Below are positions 37,825 through 47,278 of a stretch of 64,000 nucleotides of DNA, one piece after another. Origin of the DNA: Candidatus Omnitrophota bacterium. Lineage in GTDB: Bacteria; Omnitrophota; Gorgyraeia; Gygaellales; Profunditerraquicolaceae. Each line of letters begins with the position of its first letter. Position 1 is the first letter of the stretch. The stretch covers positions 792,359-856,358 of the forward strand of contig CAWDSS010000010.1 in the NCBI GenBank assembly GCA_963805065.1, read 5' to 3'. Under the pieces are notes generated by a model. That model had not been told where the DNA came from, ran no database searches, and was given only the letters and a program-made list of their open reading frames with translations. The translations under genes and the position numbers were made by a program.

Positions 37825-39375
37825 ATGATTGATTTTAAAGCTAATGAAAAAAAATATGCCTTGGTTTTGATTTTAATATTGGTGTTTACCGGTGTATTGT
37901 ATTTTCACCGCCTTGGCCAGGAAAGCCTGTCTACAGATGAATACTTCAGTTTGTATGTGGCTAGACAGTCTCTAGCTAATATTATTTGTAATTATAGAAC
38001 GGTTTCCAATCCCAACACTATCCCGCCGTTATACGCGATTATTCTCCATTATTGGTTGAATTTGTTTGGCCAAAGCGAATTTGCCCAGCGTTCTTTATCT
38101 GCGTCGTTGGGAGTATTAAGCGTTTATTTTTTATTCCGCCTAAGCTGTTTATTGTTTGACATCCGTACGGGTATGTTTTCAGCTCTACTGGGATGCCTTT
38201 CATATAGCTGGTTTTCGCTTTTTCGTCAGAATAGATGCTACGGCTTATTTATATTGCTTGTCCTGTTTTCGTTTTATTTTTTCTTTAAACTTGTTAAAAG
38301 AAAGGATGCAGGGGGATCGTTCGTTCCCCTGGCAATTACCAACACGTTGCTAGTATATACACATTACTTTTCTTTCCTGGTGATATTGCTCGAGGTGATA
38401 TTTGGAATATATGAATGGAGAAAAAATAAAAACTATCTAAAGAATATTGTATTAATGTGCATATTTGTAGGTTTGGCATATTTGCCGTGGTATTCAAATC
38501 TATTCTATGATTTAAGCAGGGAGCCCACCATTATAGATAAGGCCCCTCTGGTAAGTACCCCGAGGCTGATTTTTGATGTTTTGAGGCTAATGTTTTCCGA
38601 TTTCCATTTTATCTGGAGCCCACTTCTAGCCATCCTGTACCTTCCTTTTATAATACGAGGCATAGTTAGGGCAAAAAGGGATAATGCGGCAGGATCCAAC
38701 CATATTTTCTTATACATGGTTTTAATCTTCGCCATACCGTTTGTATTTCTGTATGGCTTTATTTATACGGACAGGATGCGTTATTATGCGCCGTTTATGT
38801 TCCCCATATTGATTTTCCTGGCTTACGGGTTTCTGGATTTGAATACTAGAGGCATAGCAAGAAAAACTTTTTTGTTTGCCGTATGCTTTTTTATTGTAAT
38901 CAATAATTTTATGGATTTCGGCGATTTTTATAATATACCTGCTGATGAAGAATGGAAACAGGCAGCCGCCCTGATAAAAAAAATACCGGATTACCGCAAC
39001 AAAAGCAATGTTTTTATATTCCAGACTACATACAATCCCCCGGTATTTTCTTATTATTACTGGAATCCGAATGTAGCCTCGTCGTTTATAAAGGATGTAG
39101 GGCAAAAAAACAATTACGCAAAGAACCTTTCTAAGATAGGCGCAAAAGAGCAGGTATTCGTGATTACGGACATGAAAGGCAAAATTTTCTTTGATCAACT
39201 GGCAGAATTACCCGAAGATGCCTGGATTTGGATCTTTAGATACCATGATTTATTCTTCCATAAGGATTTTAAGACAGAAAACCAAGGCAGGTATTTTTTC
39301 CACCAAATCAAGCTTAATAGAGAACTAACCCCAATAGATTTATTTTTATTAAAGAAGGTCCACAGTAATTCCTGA
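37825..39375 (+). CDS. ArnT/PMT-like (GT39/GT83-type) integral membrane glycosyltransferase
   Basis: More than 10 hydrophobic segments. Early-loop DEY motif (..STDEYFS..). Soluble C-terminal domain. Confidence 0.6.
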   Translation: MIDFKANEKKYALVLILILVFTGVLYFHRLGQESLSTDEYFSLYVARQSLANIICNYRTVSNPNTIPPLYAIILHYWLNLFGQSEFAQRSLSASLGVLSVYFLFRLSCLLFDIRTGMFSALLGCLSYSWFSLFRQNRCYGLFILLVLFSFYFFFKLVKRKDAGGSFVPLAITNTLLVYTHYFSFLVILLEVIFGIYEWRKNKNYLKNIVLMCIFVGLAYLPWYSNLFYDLSREPTIIDKAPLVSTPRLIFDVLRLMFSDFHFIWSPLLAILYLPFIIRGIVRAKRDNAAGSNHIFLYMVLIFAIPFVFLYGFIYTDRMRYYAPFMFPILIFLAYGFLDLNTRGIARKTFLFAVCFFIVINNFMDFGDFYNIPADEEWKQAAALIKKIPDYRNKSNVFIFQTTYNPPVFSYYYWNPNVASSFIKDVGQKNNYAKNLSKIGAKEQVFVITDMKGKIFFDQLAELPEDAWIWIFRYHDLFFHKDFKTENQGRYFFHQIKLNRELTPIDLFLLKKVHSNS

Positions 39376-39393
39376 CCGGCATAAAAAATTTTT

Positions 39394-40290
39394 CTAGACA
39401 AAGAAATCCCTGTCTAAACACCGATATTGTATCGCCTCTGAAAGGTGCTCTACCAAAATATCTTGGCTTCCTGCTAAATCCGCGATACTCCTTGAAACCT
39501 TCAATATCTTATCATAAGCCCGGGCGCTGAAATTTAATTCAGTCATCGCCAGCTTAAGTAACTCGCCTTCCTGTTTACCCAGGCAGCAGAACTTACGCAC
39601 CTGTTTATGGCTCATTTGCGCATTATAAAAAATACCCTCATTCTGTTCGCCGCCGGAGGAAAATCTTTCTCTCTGTATAGCACGGGCTTTATTTATCCGT
39701 ATCTTTATTTGCGCGGAGCTTTCCGCGGGTTGCGTGTTGGCCAGCTCCTGATAACGGGCAGCAGGGACTTCTATATGGATATCTATTCTATCCAAAAGTG
39801 GGCCGGATATCTTCGAGCGGTATTTATATACCTGTGTGGTACTGCACCTGCACGCAGATTTGAGTTGCCCCAGCGCGCCGCAGGGGCAGGGGTTCATGGC
39901 AGCAACCAGCATAAAAGAAGCAGGAAAGGAGATTGATTTTCTTATGCGGCAGACGCGTATAATGCCTTCTTCCAGGGGTTGCCTTAAGGACTCAAGGCAA
40001 CTGCGGTTAAATTCCGGGAGTTCATCCAGGAATAATACGCCATTGTGACTGAGGCTTATCTCTCCTGGTTGCGGTATGGAGCCGCCTCCCACTAAAGCAA
40101 CACTTGATAAACTGTGATGCGGGTTTCTAAAGGGGCGGGTCCCAATTATACCATCCTTAATAGGTGAGGTTACGCTGACAGAATGTATCTTGGTTATCTC
40201 AAGCGCTTCCTCAAGGCTTAAGTCAGGCATAATTGTAGGAATTCTTTTGGCGAGCATGGATTTGCCGCTTCCCGGAGGCCCAATCATCAG
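39394..40290 (-). pseudogene. comM: C-terminal fragment of comM/yifB (Mg-chelatase-like AAA+ protein)
   Basis: It reads ..HNVLMIGPPGSGKSMLAKR.. through to the C-terminus. The residues upstream of HNVLMIG derive from island DNA. Confidence 0.85.
40279..40290. repeat. left att core (CCCAATCATCAG)
   Basis: Identical to 52037-52048. It lies within the comM codons for LMIG. Confidence 0.8.
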
Positions 40291-40424
40291 GACATTGTGA
40301 ACGCAATGCAACATTTGAATTTGAATTAGTAGCAAGCCTACCTTAAAGCCTCAACACACACCCGCTATTGCTATAGTCAATATATAGAATTTAGGAGATT
40401 TATATAGTTTTCTATTAAAATATA

Positions 40425-40453
40425 TTGACAATATATATAATTTGTGCTATTTT
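40425..40453 (+). promoter_or_regulatory. putative promoter (TTGACA, 17-nt spacer, TGcTATTTT) for the island ATPase operon
   Basis: Read directly. The SD AGGAGG at 40465 precedes the ATG at 40475. Confidence 0.4.
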
Positions 40454-40474
40454 TATAGAAAATAGGAGGTTCTT

Positions 40475-41764
40475 ATGAAAGAATATAACCCCTTTAACCC
40501 TAATTCGATTGTTACGCCAACCTTGTTTGCTGGTAGAACAGAATACACATTAAGAATTATTAAAAAATTAGTCCAAGTAAAAAAGGGTATGCCCTCAAGT
40601 TTCTTCTTATACGGGGAAAGAGGAATAGGTAAGACTGCTTTAGCAAAATTAATTAAGTCTGTTGCAGAAATAAAAGACCCTATCTTGGGGAATCTTAATT
40701 TTTTAACTGCCTACTATTCGGTTGAGAAGAATCAATTCATATCAAGTGTAATGCAAGCTTCATTAAATGAACTAACGGATATGATGCCTAAAAATATAAT
40801 TGAACAATTGGGAACAAGGCTCGGGAACATATTTAAAAATGGAAAATTTTCAATTGGAGCGTTCTCCGTAGGAGTTGAGCTTGGTGGAGGAGAGCAAGAA
40901 AGAGAAACCACAGTACTTAAAGACCTCATAGTTTCTATTTTGTCCAATGTTGTACAAGAGATGAAAAAGGCAGAAACGGATGTAAAAGACGGTATTTTGA
41001 TTATAATCGATGAGATGGATAATATTGCCGATATAGGAATGTGTGCTCAACTTTTAAGGGGTGCCATTACTACTCTTGATGTTAAAGGCTTAGGAAACGT
41101 TTCTTTCTTACTAATTGGTTATGACGTAACGGTTGAAAATTTTTGTAGTGGCGACCAATCGGTAAGAAGGCAATTTGATTTTATTCCTTTAGGAGTAATG
41201 CCTTGGGATGAAGCCAGAGAGGTTCTTACAAAGGGTTTTACAGAAGCAAAGGTTACTTGGGACGAGGGAGCTTTATTAGAAAATATATTGGTCACAGGTG
41301 GTTATCCTCATTCTATCCAGATGATAGGTCACCATCTAATTGAAGTGGATACCGATATGTTTATAGATGATAAAGATTGGGATGAAGCCATAAACAAAAC
41401 TGCTTATGATTTACAAGCCAAGGATTTCGCAACCTTATATGACTTTAAGGGGAAGCCAAGCATCAATGAATTAATTTTAGATATTTTAGCCGTCAGAGGT
41501 AAACCCTTAACAAAAAATGAGATTTACAAATTGAGCGAAGGGAAAAACATTTATCAGTATATTCCAGCACTTATAAAACGAGGTAGCATTAAAGAGATAC
41601 AAACAAAAGGGCAAATTATATTACATTCCTCTCTATTTCGAACCTCAATTTTGTTTCATATTCTACCCAAAATCAAACATTCAGGTTATCTTAGTCACTT
41701 GGTCAAAGAGACGCAACAGGCAGATGAATCTTCTTCATCCTCTTCATCAGCATCTTCCAGATAA
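40475..41764 (+). CDS. ORC/Cdc6-Arch_ATPase-like P-loop ATPase with a C-terminal winged-helix-like domain
   Basis: N-terminal FAGRTEY...LYGERGIGKTALAK (Walker A), LIIIDEMD (Walker B), C-terminal ..LTKNEIYKLS...LIKRGSI.., and a poly-Ser tail. Confidence 0.65.
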   Translation: MKEYNPFNPNSIVTPTLFAGRTEYTLRIIKKLVQVKKGMPSSFFLYGERGIGKTALAKLIKSVAEIKDPILGNLNFLTAYYSVEKNQFISSVMQASLNELTDMMPKNIIEQLGTRLGNIFKNGKFSIGAFSVGVELGGGEQERETTVLKDLIVSILSNVVQEMKKAETDVKDGILIIIDEMDNIADIGMCAQLLRGAITTLDVKGLGNVSFLLIGYDVTVENFCSGDQSVRRQFDFIPLGVMPWDEAREVLTKGFTEAKVTWDEGALLENILVTGGYPHSIQMIGHHLIEVDTDMFIDDKDWDEAINKTAYDLQAKDFATLYDFKGKPSINELILDILAVRGKPLTKNEIYKLSEGKNIYQYIPALIKRGSIKEIQTKGQIILHSSLFRTSILFHILPKIKHSGYLSHLVKETQQADESSSSSSSASSR

Positions 41765-41840
41765 ATTTCGTTGTCTTATTCCCAAAATTCCCTGTTAGAT
41801 TTTCCCATTTCTTACGTCTATTAGAGTAGGAGGTGGGAAT

Positions 41841-41963
41841 ATGCGTATATCCAAAGACCAATACTATAAAACTATGGCTAGGGCATTGCTTAAAGGCTAT
41901 TTTTTGGGCTTAAAGAAAAGCAGGAAGCAAAAGAAAAAGATTAAAGTTTGTTGTTATCAGTAG
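41841..41963 (+). CDS. possible 40-aa basic peptide (not in the ORF track)
   Basis: AGGAGGTG lies 5 nt upstream of the ATG. Translation: MRISKDQYYKTMARALLKGYFLGLKKSRKQKKKIKVCCYQ. Confidence 0.3.
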   Translation: MRISKDQYYKTMARALLKGYFLGLKKSRKQKKKIKVCCYQ

Positions 41964-42004
41964 TATAATAAATATAAGTCATAATCAGTTATAAGATAAA
42001 ACTC

Positions 42005-44458
42005 ATGAAAGATATAAATCACGCCTTAGTTCCAAAAACTCATCCCTCAATGTATCTTATGCACAAATATTGGGCAAGGAAACCTCATAATGTGGTTTCA
42101 GAATATATTAAAGCATACTCCCAAGAAGGCGAAATTATCTTAGACCCATTTTTAGGTTCTGGAGTTACAGTTATAGAAGCTTTGAGATTGGGTCGTAAAG
42201 CCGTAGGAGTTGATTTAGACCCAATATCTGCTTTTATTACAAGAAATACAATTGCACCAGTTGACTTAAATAAATTTAGAGAAGCGTTTGATAAAATTGA
42301 AAATAATATGAAACAATCTATAAATAATTTGTATAAGACGAAATGTGGCAATAAGAAATGCAGTAAAGAAGTTATAGCAGAGGCGGTTATCTGGAATGAT
42401 GGCACGCCAAAAGAAATTAGATATAGTTGTTCGTGTAAGACTGGAAGTCTTTGGAAGCAAGTTGATGATGAAGACCTTAAAAACTTAAAAGATATAGATT
42501 CTAGAAAAATTAATTATTGGTATCCAGATACCGAATTGATTTGGAATACACGTATTAATGTCCATAAAGGAACAAAGGTTTCTGATTTATTTACTAAAAG
42601 AAACTTATTAGCTCTTTCAATGATATTAGAAGAGATAGGCAAAATAAAAGATAGGACAATTGAAAATTTGCTTAAATTTACTTTTTCATCAGCTCTGCCT
42701 CAATCAAGTAAATTAGTCTTTGTGATACGGCAAAGGGGTAGGTCTGGAGGAGCAGTCAAGGAAGAGACAAAAGAGGTTGGAAGTTGGGCTACAAGAGGAT
42801 ATTGGATACCAAAAGAATATTTTGAAATAAATGCTTGGAATTGCTTAGAAGAACGCTTTGATAAAATATTTAGAGGGAAAAAGCAATCCAATATAGAGAT
42901 TAACAAGGTTAACGAGGTTAGCAATTTTTCTGAATTAAAAAAGAAAGAGAATAATGTATTATTAATTACTAAATCATGTTTGAATTTAAGTGAAATTACT
43001 AAGAATAGCATAGATTATATTTTTACAGACCCCCCTTATGGAGATAGTGTGCCTTATCTTGAATTAGATTTAATGTGGAATGCTTGGCAAAAATTTAAAG
43101 TTAACTTTGATGATGAGATAATTATAAGTAACAGTCCATTAAGAAATAAAACTTTTGATATATATGAGAAAATGTTAAGTACGGCTTTTGTAGAGATGTT
43201 TAGAGTCTTAAAGGCAGATAGATATATGACCGTAACTTTTCACAATACTGATATAAAAATCTGGAATTCTATAATTAGAGCTGTTGCTTATGCTGGATTT
43301 GATTTAGAGAAAATTATATATCAACCTCCTGCAAGACAATCTGCGAAAGGTTTGCTAGCTCTTTATGCAAGTGCAGTAGGCGATTATTATATCAGATTTA
43401 AAAAACCAAAAGGTAATAAACCTGTATCAGCAGCTGATATTGACCAAGCAAGATATGAAAGAATTGTTGTCGAATCTACTAAGAAAATATTAGCAGAAAG
43501 AGGAGAACCCACCCCTTATACTCACATTCTAAATGGGGTTATCGTTGCCTTAAGAAAAGAGGGCGCATTACTTACTGGCGATAAAAATCCTGATAATGTT
43601 TTGAAAGAACACAAGGATAAAGAATTCAAAAGTATAGATGTAGAAGATAAGAAAGGTAAAGTGTTAGGACAGAAATGGTGGTTTTCTGATGCTTCTACAG
43701 TTCCTTTCTTAGAAATTGTTCCTTTAAGCGATAGATTAGAAACTGCTATTATTGAAGTATTGAATCGCAAGACAAAGATATCCTTTGATGATGTATTACA
43801 AGAGATATTTATTAAATTTCCTAATGCCCTGACTCCTGATTCACAAGATGTAAAAGACCTTTTGGAAGAATATGCTGCGCAAACTGAAGATGGGAATTGG
43901 ATGCTTAAGCCGATGCTAAAAATAAGAGAATCAGAACATAGCGAGATGATTTATTATATATCACAGATAGGGAAAAGAATGGGTTATAAAATATGGATTG
44001 GTAAAAAAGAACAAGGGGCTACTTACCAAAAGAAGAAACTATTCAATTTTTGTGATTATAATATTCAGAAATTAAAGAATATTAATGAAGATATTCTAGA
44101 TAAAATTCAAAATATTGATATATTGTGGATAAATGAAGATAGAATAGATTCTGAATTCGAAGTTGAGAATACTACAGCAATAACCGAATCAATTATAAGA
44201 GGAGGAAATATTCCTTATAGAGTCAAGAGGTTCATAATTTTACCAGAAGAAAGAGCAGAATTTTATCATAGAAAAATTAAAGAACCTTTACTCGTTGATA
44301 GAATAAAAGATGATTGTTGGCAGAATATATTCTATACTAAATTAAAGGAATTTTTTATAGAAAGTAAAAGACACAAGATTAAATTTTCTGATTTTGAAGA
44401 AATAATATCGCAGAAAGCTGCAATTGAAGAAACAGGACAAAAGAGATTCGAATTTTAA
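42005..44458 (+). CDS. COG1743/DUF1156-type Zn-ribbon adenine DNA methyltransferase fused to a C-terminal PD-(D/E)xK-like domain
   Basis: HKYWARKPHN..DPFLGSGVT (SAM motif I) at the N-terminus. CGNKKC...CSC Zn-ribbon. FTDPPYGD (motif IV) at about aa 340. C-terminal ..IDILWI...EFEVENTT.. is nuclease-like. Confidence 0.7.
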   Translation: MKDINHALVPKTHPSMYLMHKYWARKPHNVVSEYIKAYSQEGEIILDPFLGSGVTVIEALRLGRKAVGVDLDPISAFITRNTIAPVDLNKFREAFDKIENNMKQSINNLYKTKCGNKKCSKEVIAEAVIWNDGTPKEIRYSCSCKTGSLWKQVDDEDLKNLKDIDSRKINYWYPDTELIWNTRINVHKGTKVSDLFTKRNLLALSMILEEIGKIKDRTIENLLKFTFSSALPQSSKLVFVIRQRGRSGGAVKEETKEVGSWATRGYWIPKEYFEINAWNCLEERFDKIFRGKKQSNIEINKVNEVSNFSELKKKENNVLLITKSCLNLSEITKNSIDYIFTDPPYGDSVPYLELDLMWNAWQKFKVNFDDEIIISNSPLRNKTFDIYEKMLSTAFVEMFRVLKADRYMTVTFHNTDIKIWNSIIRAVAYAGFDLEKIIYQPPARQSAKGLLALYASAVGDYYIRFKKPKGNKPVSAADIDQARYERIVVESTKKILAERGEPTPYTHILNGVIVALRKEGALLTGDKNPDNVLKEHKDKEFKSIDVEDKKGKVLGQKWWFSDASTVPFLEIVPLSDRLETAIIEVLNRKTKISFDDVLQEIFIKFPNALTPDSQDVKDLLEEYAAQTEDGNWMLKPMLKIRESEHSEMIYYISQIGKRMGYKIWIGKKEQGATYQKKKLFNFCDYNIQKLKNINEDILDKIQNIDILWINEDRIDSEFEVENTTAITESIIRGGNIPYRVKRFIILPEERAEFYHRKIKEPLLVDRIKDDCWQNIFYTKLKEFFIESKRHKIKFSDFEEIISQKAAIEETGQKRFEF

Positions 44459-44504
44459 TAGTATCTTGACAGAGAAAAACCTTAAGGAGTTGAATAGTTT
44501 AAGA

Positions 44505-45302
44505 ATGAACAAACAAAAACAATCAATAGTTGCTTGGGTGAGGAATTGTTTAAAAATACCTTGGCGAGGTGCTTTAGTCTTAACACTAACGTTATTTATA
44601 TTGTTATATATTATAATTTCAGATTGTTTTAAGGGAATTGATTGGTTTGATTTTAAATTTTTACCGAGTTGGATAAACGGGCTTGGCAGTTTCATAACGG
44701 GAAGGGTGATTATATGCGTTTCTATTTATTTACTTTTTTTGGCACTTTTAAAGACACATGTAGATAATAAAATTAATCAAATCGCAATCTCACTTTTGGC
44801 TGCATTTATTGGTGTTTTCATAGCTCTGAATATAAATGGCTACTATAGTTCCAAAAAAGATTCAGAAATTTATAAGTTCATTTTAATAAATACTCAATTA
44901 GAAATTGATTCTAATTTGCTTTCGATAAAAGAAATTGAAAAAAACATATATGAGCTTAATAAAAAACCAATAAACTTACTCACCAATTCACTAATAAACA
45001 GTTCGCTTCAAAATCCCGTTTTCTTGAAATATGCAGACTCAGTAAACTTGATATTATTAAGCCAAATTAACAATCGTATTATAATTTGTACCAACGAATT
45101 AGAATCTATGCTTACGGATAAAATAATCTATGATGAAAATGTAGATAGATATCGTGTTGATATTAGTCTACTTAAAATTATGATGGCAAAATTTAAGCAA
45201 TTTAATGCTAAAGTTACTAATAAGGTTTTTGAGTTACCAAAAGATGAGTTAAATAAATTAGAAGAAGCAGGAATAAACATTGATTTTAACTATAAATACT
45301 AA
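44505..45302 (+). CDS. multi-pass membrane protein with a cytoplasmic helical tail
   Basis: 3-4 hydrophobic segments in the first ~130 aa. No known motif. The ORF track starts at 44424, but the internal ATG at 44505 avoids overlap with the methyltransferase. Confidence 0.5.
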   Translation: MNKQKQSIVAWVRNCLKIPWRGALVLTLTLFILLYIIISDCFKGIDWFDFKFLPSWINGLGSFITGRVIICVSIYLLFLALLKTHVDNKINQIAISLLAAFIGVFIALNINGYYSSKKDSEIYKFILINTQLEIDSNLLSIKEIEKNIYELNKKPINLLTNSLINSSLQNPVFLKYADSVNLILLSQINNRIIICTNELESMLTDKIIYDENVDRYRVDISLLKIMMAKFKQFNAKVTNKVFELPKDELNKLEEAGINIDFNYKY

Positions 45303-45801
45303 ATGTGTCTTATTAAACACCTACAGTCAGATACATGAATAAAAAACAATTAATTGTTATTTTAGTACTTTAGCATATCCCCACAGCATATTTTAAATAG
45401 CATAGTCAATTTAGCATTGTAGATACAGCATTAAGGTAAAAAAATAAAACAGCTTAAATTAAAAAATTTTGTCATTTTTGCTTTAACTATATGAAAGTAA
45501 ATGGGTTATTTTTTTTGAAAATTGCCTTGAAAACCGACGAGGAATGTGTTAAGCTTATAATGTAAATTTTGTGGCGTTGCGTTAATTAGGGCGCAGATAA
45601 GTCCAATAGGGCGAAAGCCAAGAAGTATAAGAAGCGAACTATACTTTTGGTTGTTCGCCTATTTTGTTTTATAGGGACTTATGAAAGACAAACGCCCCAA
45701 GATAATCTTAGAATACGAACCCTCAGAAGACTCACAGAGGCGACTTGAGCAGGTTTTTGAGATACTTTTTAAGGAAGATGTGGAAAGGAAGTCAGCCGAA
45801 A

Positions 45802-46125
45802 ATGAACGAAATAGTGATAACAGAAGTAAGCATATATCCGGTCAGGCCTAAAGACGGACTCGTTGCTTTTGCTTCCTGCCTTTTTGATAACAAACTCTCT
45901 TTAAATTCCATAGCCATATACACTAAGCCCGATGGTAGTGGTTACCGCCTAGTGTATCCTGCTAAAACACTTCCCAACTGCAAAGAAATAAATTTGTTCT
46001 ACCCTATTAACAAAGAAACAGCGGATATAATTCACAAGGCAATTATAAGCGAATATGAAAAATTGGCTGAAAAGGTAATGAAAGGAGTAAACGATGAACA
46101 TCGAAGAATTGGAAGACATTTTTAA
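45802..46125 (+). CDS. SpoVG-like nucleic-acid-binding protein
   Basis: IVITEVSIYPVRPKDGLVAFASCLFDNKLSLNSIAIY..DGSGYRLVYP matches the SpoVG N-terminal fold pattern. Start taken at the internal ATG. Confidence 0.6.
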   Translation: MNEIVITEVSIYPVRPKDGLVAFASCLFDNKLSLNSIAIYTKPDGSGYRLVYPAKTLPNCKEINLFYPINKETADIIHKAIISEYEKLAEKVMKGVNDEHRRIGRHF

Positions 46126-47221
46126 AAATCACTTACTTTTACCCGATACTATGGTTATAAGAGTCGTATTAGCTACTATAGTTGCGAACAAAATTAAAGG
46201 TGACCCCCTTTGGTTGTTCGTAATAGCACCGCCCTCGTCAGCTAAAACAGAAATTATATCATCGCTTAACGGCTTACCTGATATTTTTCCCTTATCGAGC
46301 CTAACATCACATACACTCGCTAGTGGAATGGTAAGCGTAGATGATAAAGAAAGAAGTCTAATTTACAAGCTAACCAATAAAATTGTTACTCTAAAAGATT
46401 TCACGTCTATTCTTACAATGCACCGTGAGTCAAGAGCGGAAATCCTTTCTCAGCTAAGAGAAATATATGACGGTAGTTATAAAAAGCATTTTGGGACTGG
46501 AGAAAAAACTGATTGGACAGGTAAAATCGGCATTATCGCAGGAGTAACCCCCATAATTGACACCTATTACTCCATATTTCAACTACTCGGTGAAAGATTT
46601 ATACAGTTCAGAATGGAACTTCCAGAGCCCGTTGAAGTAGCCCTCAAAGCAATAGCGAATAGTGGTAAGGAAAAAAAGATAAGATATGAGCTCAAGGGCG
46701 CTATAGCAAAATTCATAAATGAAATAACAATGCCACACAGGGTAATAACTGTTCCTTTGCAGATAGAGAGGCGTATCGCTTATCTTTCAGCTTTTTGTGT
46801 CAAGGCAAGAAGCGGGTCTGTTAGGGAAGGACGAAGCAGGGAGTTAATATATACTCCACCGCCAGAAGCTCCACCCCGTTTAGCAAAACAGTTTATTATG
46901 TTAGCAAGAGGTCTGGCTATAGTTAATGGGAAGAAAATTATTCAAGAAAAAGATTACAATGTTGTTTACAAGGTAGGTCTTGATACTGTGCCCAAACTGC
47001 GCCGAGACATTCTCTCTATTTTAAATGATGAAGGCACTCTCTCCACTAACGACCTAACGAGCAAATTACGTTATCCCTATTCAACAGTAGATAGAGCACT
47101 TGAAGAGCTAAGGAGCCTTGATTTAGTTGATTGTAACGAAACAAAACAATGGAATATAAGTAGTGCGACAAAAAATTATCTGGCTGAAATTAAACCTGTT
47201 TCCGAAACGTCGATAGGATAA
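46094..47221 (+). CDS. P-loop protein (DUF3987/replicative-helicase-like) with a C-terminal wHTH
   Basis: Walker-A-like APPSSAKTE. Walker-B-like IVTLKDFTS. C-terminal ..STVDRALEELRSLDLV... Its start overlaps the SpoVG-like gene. Confidence 0.45.
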   Translation: MNIEELEDIFKNHLLLPDTMVIRVVLATIVANKIKGDPLWLFVIAPPSSAKTEIISSLNGLPDIFPLSSLTSHTLASGMVSVDDKERSLIYKLTNKIVTLKDFTSILTMHRESRAEILSQLREIYDGSYKKHFGTGEKTDWTGKIGIIAGVTPIIDTYYSIFQLLGERFIQFRMELPEPVEVALKAIANSGKEKKIRYELKGAIAKFINEITMPHRVITVPLQIERRIAYLSAFCVKARSGSVREGRSRELIYTPPPEAPPRLAKQFIMLARGLAIVNGKKIIQEKDYNVVYKVGLDTVPKLRRDILSILNDEGTLSTNDLTSKLRYPYSTVDRALEELRSLDLVDCNETKQWNISSATKNYLAEIKPVSETSIG

Positions 47222-47278
47222 ATGTAATAATAAATCAATCTATCCGACTTTTCGGAAAACAACAGAAAGGAGATAGGA

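Noticed and set aside
39607-40048. Plus-strand ORFs 39607..39936 and 39836..40048
   Set aside because: They are antisense to the well-conserved comM C-terminal fragment, have no motifs, and are Arg/Gly-rich shadow frames.
40291-40474. A tRNA or tmRNA gene as the integration target at the island boundary
   Set aside because: No cloverleaf-compatible sequence or T-loop (GTTCGAATC-like) is present at either end. The target is clearly the comM coding sequence.
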